Shown here in pieces: positions 7,765 through 16,533 of a DNA stretch of 64,000 nucleotides. This DNA is from a virus, in the IMG/VR virus record IMGVR_UViG_3300020438_000030, positions 3,370-67,369 of that record; one strand, given 5' to 3'. Every line of letters starts with the position of its first letter. The first letter of the stretch is position 1. Under the pieces are notes generated by a model. The model was not told the DNA's origin, made no database searches, and was given only the letters and a program-made list of their open reading frames with translations. A program made the translations under genes and the position numbers.

Positions 7765-8610
7765 ATGAATCAAGTATTCGTTTGTGCTCAAGCTACAGAA
7801 GATCCAAAAGAAATTTATTTGGATTCTTCCAGGACTGCACTTAAAGTAAAAGTACAACTGCCTCCTATTAGTGCTAACAAAGCACCCACAGAGTTGTACT
7901 ATCATATCTTTCAAGATCAAGCACGCTGGCGTTCATTAATCAAAGCAGGTACTTGTCTGTTTATTTATGGTGCAAAGTTACACCATGACTTGGAAGCACG
8001 TGAACATTCTATTCATGGTGGTAATCCAGCTATTGTTGATGATTCCTTTCCTATTTACAACTCAGTTATTTTGACAGGTCGTGTTGCAAAAGATCCTGAT
8101 CAAACTAATCCAATGACATTTAAAACTACTGACAGTGGTTTGATGATTGCCAATATGAGTATGACAGTGAGTAAAGGGAAAGCATCTGCTGATCTTTTTA
8201 ACTTTACTTCTATGAATAAAATGAATGACGCATTTAGACCTGCTGAACTTTTAGTTAATCTTTGCAAAAAAGGAACTGGCATTACTATTCAAGGCCAGTT
8301 AATTACTGACAGTTGGTTTGATCACAAATCAAAACAACAACGATATAACACTAAGATTCAAATGAAACAGATGACATTAGCTCCTAAAACAGAGTTAACA
8401 TCTAATTCAATTAAGCCAACCACAACAATAGCTACTGACATTGAACCTAAACCACTCTGGGGTGGACGTACTGCTGAATCAGAGCCAGTAGAAACTTCTG
8501 TTTCTGAACCTGTAAAACCAATGGCTGTTGCTGAACCTTGGGGTGAATCTACTAATGGTTTACCTTCATTACCTGTTAATGATTCAACCAGTTCAAAGGA
8601 ACCCTTTTGA
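7765..8610 (+). CDS. ssb: single-stranded DNA-binding protein (tandem OB-fold-like)
   Basis: NSVILTGRVAKDP...KGTGITIQGQLITDSW.D resembles SSB; P/S/E-rich tail ending in EPF; next to polA. Confidence 0.7.
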   Translation: MNQVFVCAQATEDPKEIYLDSSRTALKVKVQLPPISANKAPTELYYHIFQDQARWRSLIKAGTCLFIYGAKLHHDLEAREHSIHGGNPAIVDDSFPIYNSVILTGRVAKDPDQTNPMTFKTTDSGLMIANMSMTVSKGKASADLFNFTSMNKMNDAFRPAELLVNLCKKGTGITIQGQLITDSWFDHKSKQQRYNTKIQMKQMTLAPKTELTSNSIKPTTTIATDIEPKPLWGGRTAESEPVETSVSEPVKPMAVAEPWGESTNGLPSLPVNDSTSSKEPF

Positions 8611-8624
8611 GCTAAGCTACCACC

Positions 8625-8658
8625 ATCTAGGCAGTCGTTAACGACGTAAGACCTAGAT
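8625..8658 (+). ncRNA. repeated structured intergenic motif, copy 5
   Basis: ATCTAGG-CA-GTCGT-TA-ACGAC-GTAAGA-CCTAGAT. Confidence 0.75.
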
Positions 8659-8682
8659 ATTCACACTAGTCCGACGGACTTT

Positions 8683-9801
8683 ATGACACCGATCAAAACA
8701 GCAACCAAGTCTACAGCGCTCAGTTTATTTCCAGAAACATCATCCATTGTTGTTCAAAAAGCTCCAGAACAACGTTCACTTGATTCCTTTTTACATCTCA
8801 CACAACCTGAGTTTATAGGAGCTGCTCCATCCCCTGGACAAATTATTGCTCTTAACAAACCAAATGATCGTGCTCATTCACGTGATACTGGTGGCTTGTT
8901 TATTAAACAAGAAGATCTAATTAAATGTGCTTGGAAAGCATCTGCTTCTGATCTTGAACCTGCCTCATTTATCCAACCTTACAAACAAAAGTTTGGTGGT
9001 AATGATGAACCAAATGCAGGTATTCTTTTTACTAAACCACGGTTCCAGATTGTTTTTGAAACTGCTGGTTTACTTGAGAAGAATGTTGTAGATGAAAAGA
9101 CAGGATCTAATAAGTCAGTAATCATTGGCTCGTTTAATCCTGCAGATAACTTATCTGATTCAGGTAAAATTAATATGCTGTGGGATATGTATAACGAAAA
9201 TAAAAAAGACCATACAATTCGTACTTGGTACTATGTTTATTTCATGAGTGGTTATGGCCAACGGTGTCATGAACTTCCTTTGATTCTTAGTATTAAAGGT
9301 GCTGTTGGTGCTTCTTTTAGAGATCAACTGAAAGCATTTAGAGATGATGTAGGTTCTGCTTTAGCAGCTGCTACTAAAACTCCTAAGCGTCCTGCTAACT
9401 ATGATGCTTATGCGCAGTACATTTTCCAACCCCATCTTGAATTAAAAGATGTAGGTCAAGGAAACAATCAATCAACAGCGGTAACAGCTTTTGATTATGA
9501 ACATCCTCTTTATGATCAAGGTCAAGAAGCTGCTTTAGTTTCTTTGGATTCTCATATTATTCCTGACAATCTAAAGACAATTACGTCTGAAGAACGTCAA
9601 GATGAATATGCTATTGGCATGATGAGCCGTTACACAGATGGTAATGGTTTCATCAACATTGCAGATGGTGTACAAATTACACCTATGGGAATCATGCCAC
9701 CTATGCTTAAGGAGTCTTCTAGCAATTTGTTAGAAAGTTCTATGCCTAACAAGATGCTTGCATCTGCTCGTGATTCATTCGGAGCTGACTCTAAGTTCTG
9801 A
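8683..9801 (+). CDS. hypothetical protein, DUF5895-like (cyanobacterial mobile elements)
   Basis: GILFTKPR and HELPLILSIKGAVGASF resemble DUF5895; replication-module context. Confidence 0.55.
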   Translation: MTPIKTATKSTALSLFPETSSIVVQKAPEQRSLDSFLHLTQPEFIGAAPSPGQIIALNKPNDRAHSRDTGGLFIKQEDLIKCAWKASASDLEPASFIQPYKQKFGGNDEPNAGILFTKPRFQIVFETAGLLEKNVVDEKTGSNKSVIIGSFNPADNLSDSGKINMLWDMYNENKKDHTIRTWYYVYFMSGYGQRCHELPLILSIKGAVGASFRDQLKAFRDDVGSALAAATKTPKRPANYDAYAQYIFQPHLELKDVGQGNNQSTAVTAFDYEHPLYDQGQEAALVSLDSHIIPDNLKTITSEERQDEYAIGMMSRYTDGNGFINIADGVQITPMGIMPPMLKESSSNLLESSMPNKMLASARDSFGADSKF

Positions 9802-9981
9802 TTCCATACGGTCTAGTGAATCTCTTACTAGACCTTTAATCACGCATTGACGGGTCGCAGCTAGCTTGACAAGCATAGTTGCGATCTGTTTTAATTCATA
9901 TACTGAGTTACAGTCTTCGATGGCACGTTCCATCTTGACCTTCCAGAATTCTTCTTCTGGGCTTGATTCAAAACTCAGCAT
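9775..9981 (-). CDS. divergent NblA-like small helical protein
   Basis: SPEEEF...ELKQIATMLVKLAATRQCVIKGLV resembles NblA SLEQQF...AKDFLVKLYEQMVVREATYQELL. Confidence 0.45.
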   Translation of the reverse strand: MLSFESSPEEEFWKVKMERAIEDCNSVYELKQIATMLVKLAATRQCVIKGLVRDSLDRMESELRVSSE

Positions 9982-10010
9982 TTCATTCAATTTTATTCTT
10001 TATTCTAACC

Positions 10011-10943
10011 ATGACTACAACAATTGAACAGTTAAATTCAGGTCAACGCATTATATATTCTCGTTCAAATATACGCAGAACATTTGCAGACTTTGATGAT
10101 ACAGATATATCAGGGATGTATTTAAATCCTGATGATCTTGTAGTTGTTTATAACGATGGAACAGAGAAAGAATTTAATACACGTCCTATTAAAGAAACCT
10201 TCAAAGACTTTCGTTCTCGTTGTCCTGACTTCTTTGCTTACCTTGGTCCTGATTTAAAAGGTCCTAGTTTCTGGCGTAACAATTGTTATGTCTTATATAA
10301 AGGTTGGAACTATCAATTTCAAGGTTCATATCGTTTGCCTCAAGCAATTATGCAACAGAAATGGGGAGACAAACTTCAACTAATAGAAAATGAAGAGGGC
10401 ATGAAAGCTTTCTTAAATAATCCTGACTACGGTTTTGGTTATTTAATTGCACCTGATGGTGTGCTTTTACCTGCTCCTCCTTTGTCTATTGATGATTCAG
10501 ATGAGATTGCGCAAGAACCTGACTTATCTCCTTACTGTTCTTGTGGTTCTTTTCTCCAGCAAAAAGAAGTATTGAATGAAATACAAGAAGAAATACCAGG
10601 TTATGAACTTACCTGTAAACATCTCACATGGATCAATCGTTATCGAGAGTTTCTTTCTAAACGATCAGCTTTAATAGAATCTAAGCCAGGAATGATTGAG
10701 AAAGCTACAGCTTGGTCTTATGCTCCACCACCATCTGGAGAACAACTTGGTCAACTACAAATTTTGTATACAACATCAGGTAAGATGGCTCCCATTAACA
10801 AATGGCGTATCTATAAAAAGGATGTGCGTTACACCCAACATGATGCTTGGGATTTGTTTGATGCCATGTTAGAAAATGAGTTTGTTCCTTTTCCTGCTCC
10901 AGCTTTAACTCAACTCAAACCTTTCTTTAGCAAGAAAAACTAG
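10011..10943 (+). CDS. SWIM zinc-finger protein
   Basis: CSCGSF...TCKHL (CxC...CxH). Confidence 0.7.
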   Translation: MTTTIEQLNSGQRIIYSRSNIRRTFADFDDTDISGMYLNPDDLVVVYNDGTEKEFNTRPIKETFKDFRSRCPDFFAYLGPDLKGPSFWRNNCYVLYKGWNYQFQGSYRLPQAIMQQKWGDKLQLIENEEGMKAFLNNPDYGFGYLIAPDGVLLPAPPLSIDDSDEIAQEPDLSPYCSCGSFLQQKEVLNEIQEEIPGYELTCKHLTWINRYREFLSKRSALIESKPGMIEKATAWSYAPPPSGEQLGQLQILYTTSGKMAPINKWRIYKKDVRYTQHDAWDLFDAMLENEFVPFPAPALTQLKPFFSKKN

Positions 10944-10964
10944 GCAGCTTTGCGTAAGTCCTAG
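10940..10964 (+). ncRNA. repeated structured intergenic motif, copy 6 (minimal)
   Basis: CTAGG-CA-GC-TTT-GC-GTAAGT-CCTAG; overlaps the upstream TAG stop. Confidence 0.75.
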
Positions 10965-10991
10965 CGTTCACTTTTATCTCTATCTTATTCA

Positions 10992-11105
10992 ATGTTTGGT
11001 TTCATTTTTGGTTTTGCTTCAGATTTAATCCGTGAAGTTGCTTATGCAGCTATGGGTGCAGTCTGTGCTTTTGCTATCAACTACGCTACTTCTTTCTTCT
11101 CATGA
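10992..11105 (+). CDS. small hydrophobic protein (37 aa)
   Basis: MFGFIFGFASDLIREVAYAAMGAVCAFAINYATSFFS; ATGA overlap with the next gene; below the track cutoff. Confidence 0.65.
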   Translation: MFGFIFGFASDLIREVAYAAMGAVCAFAINYATSFFS

Positions 11106-11737
11106 ATCAAATCACACCAACCAATCTCAAAGCTCTTAATGTCTTTGAATTGTATGATCACTATCATGCTTTAGAAGGCGACCTTGAAAGAACAAAAGAT
11201 TCTAAAAACAAAGAGTTAATGTTAGCTGAATTAGAAACTTGTTCTCGTTTGCGTTCAGAAAAAATTGATGCAATTTATTATTACATGGAAAAAAATACAG
11301 GAGCTGTTAAACGAGGGAAAGAAATAAAAGCAGAGATAGATAAGTCAATTAAGCATCACAATGCAAAATTAAATAGTGATCGTGCATTGTTAATGGAACT
11401 ACATCACAGAGGATGTGCTGATAAGAAAAATAAAATCAAAGGAAAAGATATTGAATTTACTATCTCTCAAATTGCAGACAAATTAATTGTCTCTTCTACG
11501 GTTGAAGAGTGGTCCGATGACGAGCGTGCAAAATACGCTATGGTAAAGAAGACCCGTATTGTTACCCAGTACACAAGCCTAGACGAAACCGTTTTACACA
11601 CTGATTCAAAAGAAAAACTCGACGTAGTTGCAAATCCTGATGCCCTTTTCAACGCCCACAAAAACCAAGACGTACTTCCCAAAGGAGTCACAGTCCTTCC
11701 CAACTATGCAATCAAATCTAGATTCCTCTTGGATTAA
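11102..11737 (+). CDS. siphovirus Gp157-like protein
   Basis: Coiled-coil N-terminus with EKIDAIYYY, KIKGKDIEFTI, and C-terminal LPKGVTV. Confidence 0.6.
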   Translation: MNQITPTNLKALNVFELYDHYHALEGDLERTKDSKNKELMLAELETCSRLRSEKIDAIYYYMEKNTGAVKRGKEIKAEIDKSIKHHNAKLNSDRALLMELHHRGCADKKNKIKGKDIEFTISQIADKLIVSSTVEEWSDDERAKYAMVKKTRIVTQYTSLDETVLHTDSKEKLDVVANPDALFNAHKNQDVLPKGVTVLPNYAIKSRFLLD

Positions 11738-12026
11738 ACACCATCCTAATTTACAACCAAATTTCTATAACAATCTTGACGTTCCTAAAAACATTAAAGA
11801 TGCTGAGCTGCGTATGCAATGCTCACGTCAAGCTGTTGAAGATATTAATCTTCAGTTAGCTATTGTTGATCAAGAGATTGAATTAGAAAGTAATCAAGAA
11901 GTTCCTTACAATGAGAACAAACTTGATGAGTGTAAAGAACACAAGCTTAAACTAATGAAAGCAAAACGCTATCACAACAACGCAGCTAATGCTTACTGGT
12001 ATTACCTGCAGCTTGCGGTAGGATAG
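11706..12026 (+). CDS. hypothetical coiled-coil protein
   Basis: ATG at 11706 preferred; helical composition. Confidence 0.65.
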   Translation: MQSNLDSSWIKHHPNLQPNFYNNLDVPKNIKDAELRMQCSRQAVEDINLQLAIVDQEIELESNQEVPYNENKLDECKEHKLKLMKAKRYHNNAANAYWYYLQLAVG

Positions 12027-12032
12027 TGAAAA

Positions 12033-12317
12033 ATGAGTGCCATGAATTCAAAAAATTACGAGGAACATATTTACTATATCCTCGATCATTTTACGAAAGG
12101 TGGCACTCCTCTTCCTGCTTTAATTGGTAACAAGCTTGAATGGCAGGTCACTACCTTAGTAGCTGGCCTGCTTGCTAATGAGCACGTCTCAACTGGGCTT
12201 GAAGCAGAACAAATTGTAGATGCTGCTATTAACTACGTCAACATTATTCAACAACGTTTAGGACATTATCAGAACGCAAAAATTAATAGTCTTGAAGGTT
12301 TGTTAGACAAAAATTAA
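12033..12317 (+). CDS. hypothetical protein
   Basis: 94-aa ORF. Confidence 0.7.
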   Translation: MSAMNSKNYEEHIYYILDHFTKGGTPLPALIGNKLEWQVTTLVAGLLANEHVSTGLEAEQIVDAAINYVNIIQQRLGHYQNAKINSLEGLLDKN

Positions 12318-12349
12318 AGGTTATACTTTTAAAAGTTTCCAAGGTTCTA

Positions 12350-12547
12350 GTGACCAAGCCTCTTGCTCAAATCAAATTCTTAGTTGAACTTGAAATTGAA
12401 TATGATCCATTCCAAGGACGTACGCCTAAGGAATTTGCTGAAATTGTTCATGACGATTTAATTGATTCTTTATGGGAAATGCGCAACGGTACTGTGCAAG
12501 GTTTGTTTACTGATGTAAAATCTGTTGAAGTCAATCAAAAAGAATGA
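12350..12547 (+). CDS. hypothetical protein
   Basis: GTG start, ATGA-coupled to the next gene. Confidence 0.6.
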   Translation: MTKPLAQIKFLVELEIEYDPFQGRTPKEFAEIVHDDLIDSLWEMRNGTVQGLFTDVKSVEVNQKE

Positions 12548-13275
12548 ACAGAGAACCTAGCATTTTGTTTCTCCTTCCACAATATGGAGGACACGTTACT
12601 ACTTCTTTCTTTGAAGCCATGCTTACCTGGGCTCAAGAAGCAGAAGCCTATGGCGTTAAATGGAATTGGTTAATTGATGATAAAGCTACATTGTTACCTA
12701 TGGCTCGTAGCCAGCTGGTTCAATTGGCAATGGAACTAGATGACTGGACTCATATCTGTATGGTAGACAATGATATGGGTTTTACTGTTGAAGGACTTTG
12801 TCAATTAATTACTGCAGACAAAGATATTATTGGAGCATTAGCTCCAGTAAAAGCGTATCCTTTGTTTGCTAATAGTTCTACAGATGCTTGTAGTGGCGTT
12901 ATAAAACATGAAGGTCCATTAGCTCAATGTAAATACATTGGCAGTGGAATGATGGTTATTAAACGTAAAACTATTGAAAAAATGCATAATCATTATGCAG
13001 ATACATTAACGTTTACTTCTATCGATGGGTATAAAGAACAGCAAACACGTTTTAAAGTGATTGATTTATTTGCTTGTGTTACTAATGGTGGACGTGAGGA
13101 AGACCCTGAACTTTATCTCAGTGAAGATTATGCTTTCTGCCAACGTGCTAGAGACATTGGATTAGAAGTATGGTCACATACTCAAGTAAATCCATCACAT
13201 ACTGGAATACACACCTTTTCTTTTGAAGAAGAAGCTAAGATGTTAGAGCGTTACAGGAGCAAAAAAGTCTTATGA
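12544..13275 (+). CDS. GT-A fold (GT2-like) glycosyltransferase
   Basis: ARSQLV..., DxD motif VDNDMGF, IGSGMMVIKR, YLSEDYAFCQR, H.G. Confidence 0.8.
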   Translation: MNREPSILFLLPQYGGHVTTSFFEAMLTWAQEAEAYGVKWNWLIDDKATLLPMARSQLVQLAMELDDWTHICMVDNDMGFTVEGLCQLITADKDIIGALAPVKAYPLFANSSTDACSGVIKHEGPLAQCKYIGSGMMVIKRKTIEKMHNHYADTLTFTSIDGYKEQQTRFKVIDLFACVTNGGREEDPELYLSEDYAFCQRARDIGLEVWSHTQVNPSHTGIHTFSFEEEAKMLERYRSKKVL

Positions 13276-13523
13276 ACACTGACTATTTGAAAGGTTGGGA
13301 TGTTCAAGAACAACAACAACGTGTTGAGTTCATGCAACATATGTATGAATGCTCTGGTCGCACTAACGGTTTGTTTACTGGTCTATGGCAAGAGTTTTGT
13401 CTTAATGAAGCAGGACCCGCTTGTCGTCAAATGTTTTTTGATAGACAGAAAGCAATTAAACAATTTATAGAATTAGAAGAGCAAAAAACAACACACGAAT
13501 TTGTTCCTACTCTCCATGATTGA
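13272..13523 (+). CDS. hypothetical cyanophage protein
   Basis: ATGA coupled; YECSGRTNGLFTGLWQ. Confidence 0.7.
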   Translation: MNTDYLKGWDVQEQQQRVEFMQHMYECSGRTNGLFTGLWQEFCLNEAGPACRQMFFDRQKAIKQFIELEEQKTTHEFVPTLHD

Positions 13524-13713
13524 CAATGATCTTGTAAATGAATTTGAAGACATCATCTGTGGTGCTACTGAATTATTTACAGGGCAAGAAATATATGATG
13601 CTTTAAATGAAGCAATCAACAAGCAACTTGCCTGGCATAACTCAGAACTTAAAGCTCTTCAGGAACTTCAATGGTTAATGACGGGTGCGTGTCTAGAGGA
13701 TCATTCTGGTTAG
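13516..13713 (+). CDS. hypothetical protein
   Basis: ATG at 13516. Confidence 0.6.
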   Translation: MIDNDLVNEFEDIICGATELFTGQEIYDALNEAINKQLAWHNSELKALQELQWLMTGACLEDHSG

Positions 13714-13816
13714 CCGTAATTGCTACTGCTCGTCTGTAAAACATGTTATCTGTTTGACCCACTTCTTCGAGGTGGGTTTTAATTTTTTCCCAGTTAGATT
13801 TTGTGTGCTGATCCAT
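13649..13816 (-). CDS. hypothetical cyanophage protein
   Basis: MDQHTKSNWEKIK..LEEVGQTDNMFYRRA..I...DPL. Confidence 0.65.
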   Translation of the reverse strand: MDQHTKSNWEKIKTHLEEVGQTDNMFYRRAVAITANQNDPLDTHPSLTIEVPEEL

Positions 13817-13952
13817 AGTAAGAAGCAAAAGCAAGTTTACAATGAGCTTTGTCTGCTTTACGAATAAGTTTTTGTGCTTCTTCGCGTGACAAACATTGTT
13901 CAGCTTTTACATTAAGTGCTTGTAATTTTTTATGTTGTTTTAATGGATTCAT
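13794..13952 (-). CDS. small basic protein (52 aa)
   Basis: MNPLKQHKKL...AEQCLSREEAQKLIRKA; fills the gap between - strand ORFs; below the track cutoff. Confidence 0.6.
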   Translation of the reverse strand: MNPLKQHKKLQALNVKAEQCLSREEAQKLIRKADKAHCKLAFASYYGSAHKI

Positions 13953-14118
13953 TTTCCTCGCTGTTTTTTGGTATAAAGTAATCTGTATATCCAGTATATT
14001 CGGCTACAGCTTTGTGTAATTGCCAGTACCTTTTGTACCAATCAGGTACCATCCCATAATGTGGCAACATAAAGTAGTCATCTTCATTGTTGATTAGTAA
14101 TTGAATTAGTTCTTCCAT
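13930..14118 (-). CDS. hypothetical protein
   Basis: 62-aa ORF. Confidence 0.55.
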   Translation of the reverse strand: MEELIQLLINNEDDYFMLPHYGMVPDWYKRYWQLHKAVAEYTGYTDYFIPKNSEENESIKTT

Positions 14119-14162
14119 ATCTATTTTAGTAGAATAGAAACTAATAATAAACTAACTGGGCT

Positions 14163-14702
14163 ATGTATAGTGGAATCTCTTTGGAGCAGCCTAACCAAGT
14201 TCCTGAGCGGCAAGAAGAGCCAGTAACTAACGATCCACAACCCAAGAGTAAGCGTGAACCCGTAAGTCGATTGGCCAATGAATTGATTGGTTTGGCTTGT
14301 CAAGCGACTCAATTGATGTTGCAGTCTCATTTGATTCATTTCAATTACGAAGAATCTAATTTTTTTGGTGTACATAAATTCACCAAGAAACAATATGAAA
14401 AACACCAGGAACAATTGGATCGACTCGGAGAACTGGTGCGCTCTCTTGATTTCATGATGCCAATGTGTAGCAAGGGATTGCTTGGTGCTACTAAAAAATT
14501 TGATCATGTCGATTCGTATAGTGGTAATTCAATGCTTCATAACTATTATAAAAACCTTGAAGAGTTTGGTATGTGCTGTAAAAAAACAGCTAAGCTAGCG
14601 TCCAAACAAGAAGCTTATGATATTGAAAATTATTGTGGAGAATTAATTGAAGAAGCTTTTAAATCTTCTTGGATGATTAAAGCAATGCTGCGTAAAAATT
14701 AA
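14163..14702 (+). CDS. dps: Dps/ferritin-like protein
   Basis: HFNYEESNFFGVH...EQLDRLGE keeps the H-x11-H...D-x3-E ferroxidase ligands of Dps. Confidence 0.8.
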   Translation: MYSGISLEQPNQVPERQEEPVTNDPQPKSKREPVSRLANELIGLACQATQLMLQSHLIHFNYEESNFFGVHKFTKKQYEKHQEQLDRLGELVRSLDFMMPMCSKGLLGATKKFDHVDSYSGNSMLHNYYKNLEEFGMCCKKTAKLASKQEAYDIENYCGELIEEAFKSSWMIKAMLRKN

Positions 14703-14741
14703 TAACAACGTTTAAAATAAAACATTAATTAAGTATTAATT

Positions 14742-14873
14742 ATGTCTTGCGAAAAGAATGAATGTAAAACACAAGAGGGTGAAGTTTTAAACGGCAGGCT
14801 CGCCATGCTAGGAATTGTTGCTGCTATTGGTGCTTATGCATTAACAGGACAAATCATTCCTGGTATTTGGTAA
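14742..14873 (+). CDS. hli: high-light-inducible protein (43 aa)
   Basis: EVLNGRLAMLG (ExxNGRxAM) and C-terminal TGQIIPGIW; missed by the ORF track. Confidence 0.92.
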   Translation: MSCEKNECKTQEGEVLNGRLAMLGIVAAIGAYALTGQIIPGIW

Positions 14874-15114
14874 TATACTCAACCGCTTTTAATAATTGCT
14901 TTGGGTCATCATTCATATGGCCTAAAGCAACATTACATTTATGACATAACAACCCACGTATTTTATTTGTACTGTGACAATGATCTACGTATAAAGGTTT
15001 AATTGGTTTACTATCACAGATTTGACAACAATACTTTTGTCTTTCTGCCATTTTGTTATAGTCTTCTTCTGTAATGCCATACCTATGTTTAAGGTTATGT
15101 TTACGGCTAGCCAC
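14854..15114 (-). CDS. recombination endonuclease VII-like protein
   Basis: YGIT...CQIC...VDHCH...IRGLLCHKCNVALG. Confidence 0.85.
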   Translation of the reverse strand: MASRKHNLKHRYGITEEDYNKMAERQKYCCQICDSKPIKPLYVDHCHSTNKIRGLLCHKCNVALGHMNDDPKQLLKAVEYITKYQE

Positions 15115-15143
15115 TAATACTATTTACTTTTCTAAATAATAAC

Positions 15144-15168
15144 AAAAAAGGAGACCAATTGGTCTCCT
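15144..15168 (-). terminator. intrinsic terminator of the GT/MTase operon
   Basis: Perfect palindrome AGGAGACC-AATT-GGTCTCCT followed by a T run on the - strand. Confidence 0.75.
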
Positions 15169-15234
15169 AATAATTCCCTCAACCGTCCCGTTCAAGAACA
15201 CTTGTAAACAGTATGTAATGTAGGTTCGACTAAC

Positions 15235-16533
15235 CTACTTCTTGATGATAGCCCAAACAAGATCATCGTAACGTCCACGACTCGGTCGGTTATCAAAAAT
15301 TTGTACGTTCTTTTGATCTTCTTTAGGTAGTTTTTTCGTTAACATTTCTAAGTAATTTATATCTTGTATGTCTTCAATGATTAAGATTCCTCCCATTTTA
15401 ACCATTGGATAATAGTGCTCAATAGCAAACAGCTGTGACGGCAAAGAATGAGGACCATCATCGATAATCACATCAAAACCTTCTGCACATTCATTGCAGA
15501 ATAAACTAACGCTACCTCCGTTATAAGCATCCCCTTGATAGAAATCATAACGATCAGGATCCATTTGATCCCAAATCAAATCAGGGACAATGTCTTGAAT
15601 ATCAGAAAGAAATAATCTAAAACATGGTAAGTATTCATGCCAAAGCAAAGAAGATCCACCATGTTGTACTCCAATCTCTAGTAATGTTCCTTGAACATCA
15701 CGATATTTTTCTAATAACGTGGCATAAATCCCTGTGTAATTATGAATTGTATTTTTATCTGTCCCACCAGGGGATTCAAAACCATTGATATTTAAATTTT
15801 CTAGCAACGAAGCTAGTTCTTTATTGGGCTCTTGCCATTCATCTTGTGTTTTCATTAGTTGTTCGTTTAAATACCTAGTACTATATAAACTTCTAGCATA
15901 GGGTTGCGTGTAATGCATAGCTTTATCTGTACGATTTAAATTACTTTCCCAAAAATTAGTTACTACTGGTTGTCCTGTACCAATCCAAAACTCACGCCAA
16001 TAGCGGTTGGGATAATTTAAATAATCATCTGAAAGCTCTGCTACATAACTAGAGTTAGCCCACCAAAACCCACCTGAAAAATGAGGATGATATCCCATTG
16101 ATGTTTGTTCTTGCCAGTTCACACCAACAAGATCTGAGGGTGGTGTTGTTTCATCTGCACCAAGTGCTAAATGATTAATGCATTTTTCCCATTGATGAAT
16201 ACAGAAAAATTCCATTAGATGACGCCAGTCATCTGTATATTGTGTTCGCCTTGATACACCTTTGGTATGCATGTAAAGCACTGCTGCATCAGGGTTGTCT
16301 TTACACCAGGTATGTAAAGCTTTTAATGTTTCTGTTTCCTCCTGTTTATTCTTATTCTCGCTCGCAATAGCTTTATCTGGAATAGACAATAAGTCAAGGC
16401 TGCCGTTAAACCCAATGTACAAATGATCCAGTTGTTCATACAGTTTACTTGCTAAGAGTGCGCCTAGTTGTTCAAGATACATATCTTCCCAGTTATCTCC
16501 TGGGAAGACGTGATAAAAGACTGCATATTTCAT
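15235..16533 (-). CDS. fusion of glycosyltransferase-like N-domain and class I SAM O-methyltransferase
   Basis: N-terminal LYMHTKG...HFSGGFWWA; C-terminal GTDK, LLEIGVQHGGS, DVIIDDGPH, GGILIIEDI. Confidence 0.75.
   Translation of the reverse strand: MKYAVFYHVFPGDNWEDMYLEQLGALLASKLYEQLDHLYIGFNGSLDLLSIPDKAIASENKNKQEETETLKALHTWCKDNPDAAVLYMHTKGVSRRTQYTDDWRHLMEFFCIHQWEKCINHLALGADETTPPSDLVGVNWQEQTSMGYHPHFSGGFWWANSSYVAELSDDYLNYPNRYWREFWIGTGQPVVTNFWESNLNRTDKAMHYTQPYARSLYSTRYLNEQLMKTQDEWQEPNKELASLLENLNINGFESPGGTDKNTIHNYTGIYATLLEKYRDVQGTLLEIGVQHGGSSLLWHEYLPCFRLFLSDIQDIVPDLIWDQMDPDRYDFYQGDAYNGGSVSLFCNECAEGFDVIIDDGPHSLPSQLFAIEHYYPMVKMGGILIIEDIQDINYLEMLTKKLPKEDQKNVQIFDNRPSRGRYDDLVWAIIKK

Noticed and set aside
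290-10964. Six-copy hairpin motif as intrinsic terminators, CRISPR repeats or known ribozymes
   Set aside because: No U-tracts on either strand, copies are kilobases apart with no spacer regularity or cas genes, and hammerhead, twister, pistol or HDV core residues are not recognisable
15170-15234. Possible second riboswitch-like element (GAACGGG on the - strand)
   Set aside because: No matching 5' CGTTC, enclosing stem or downstream peptide
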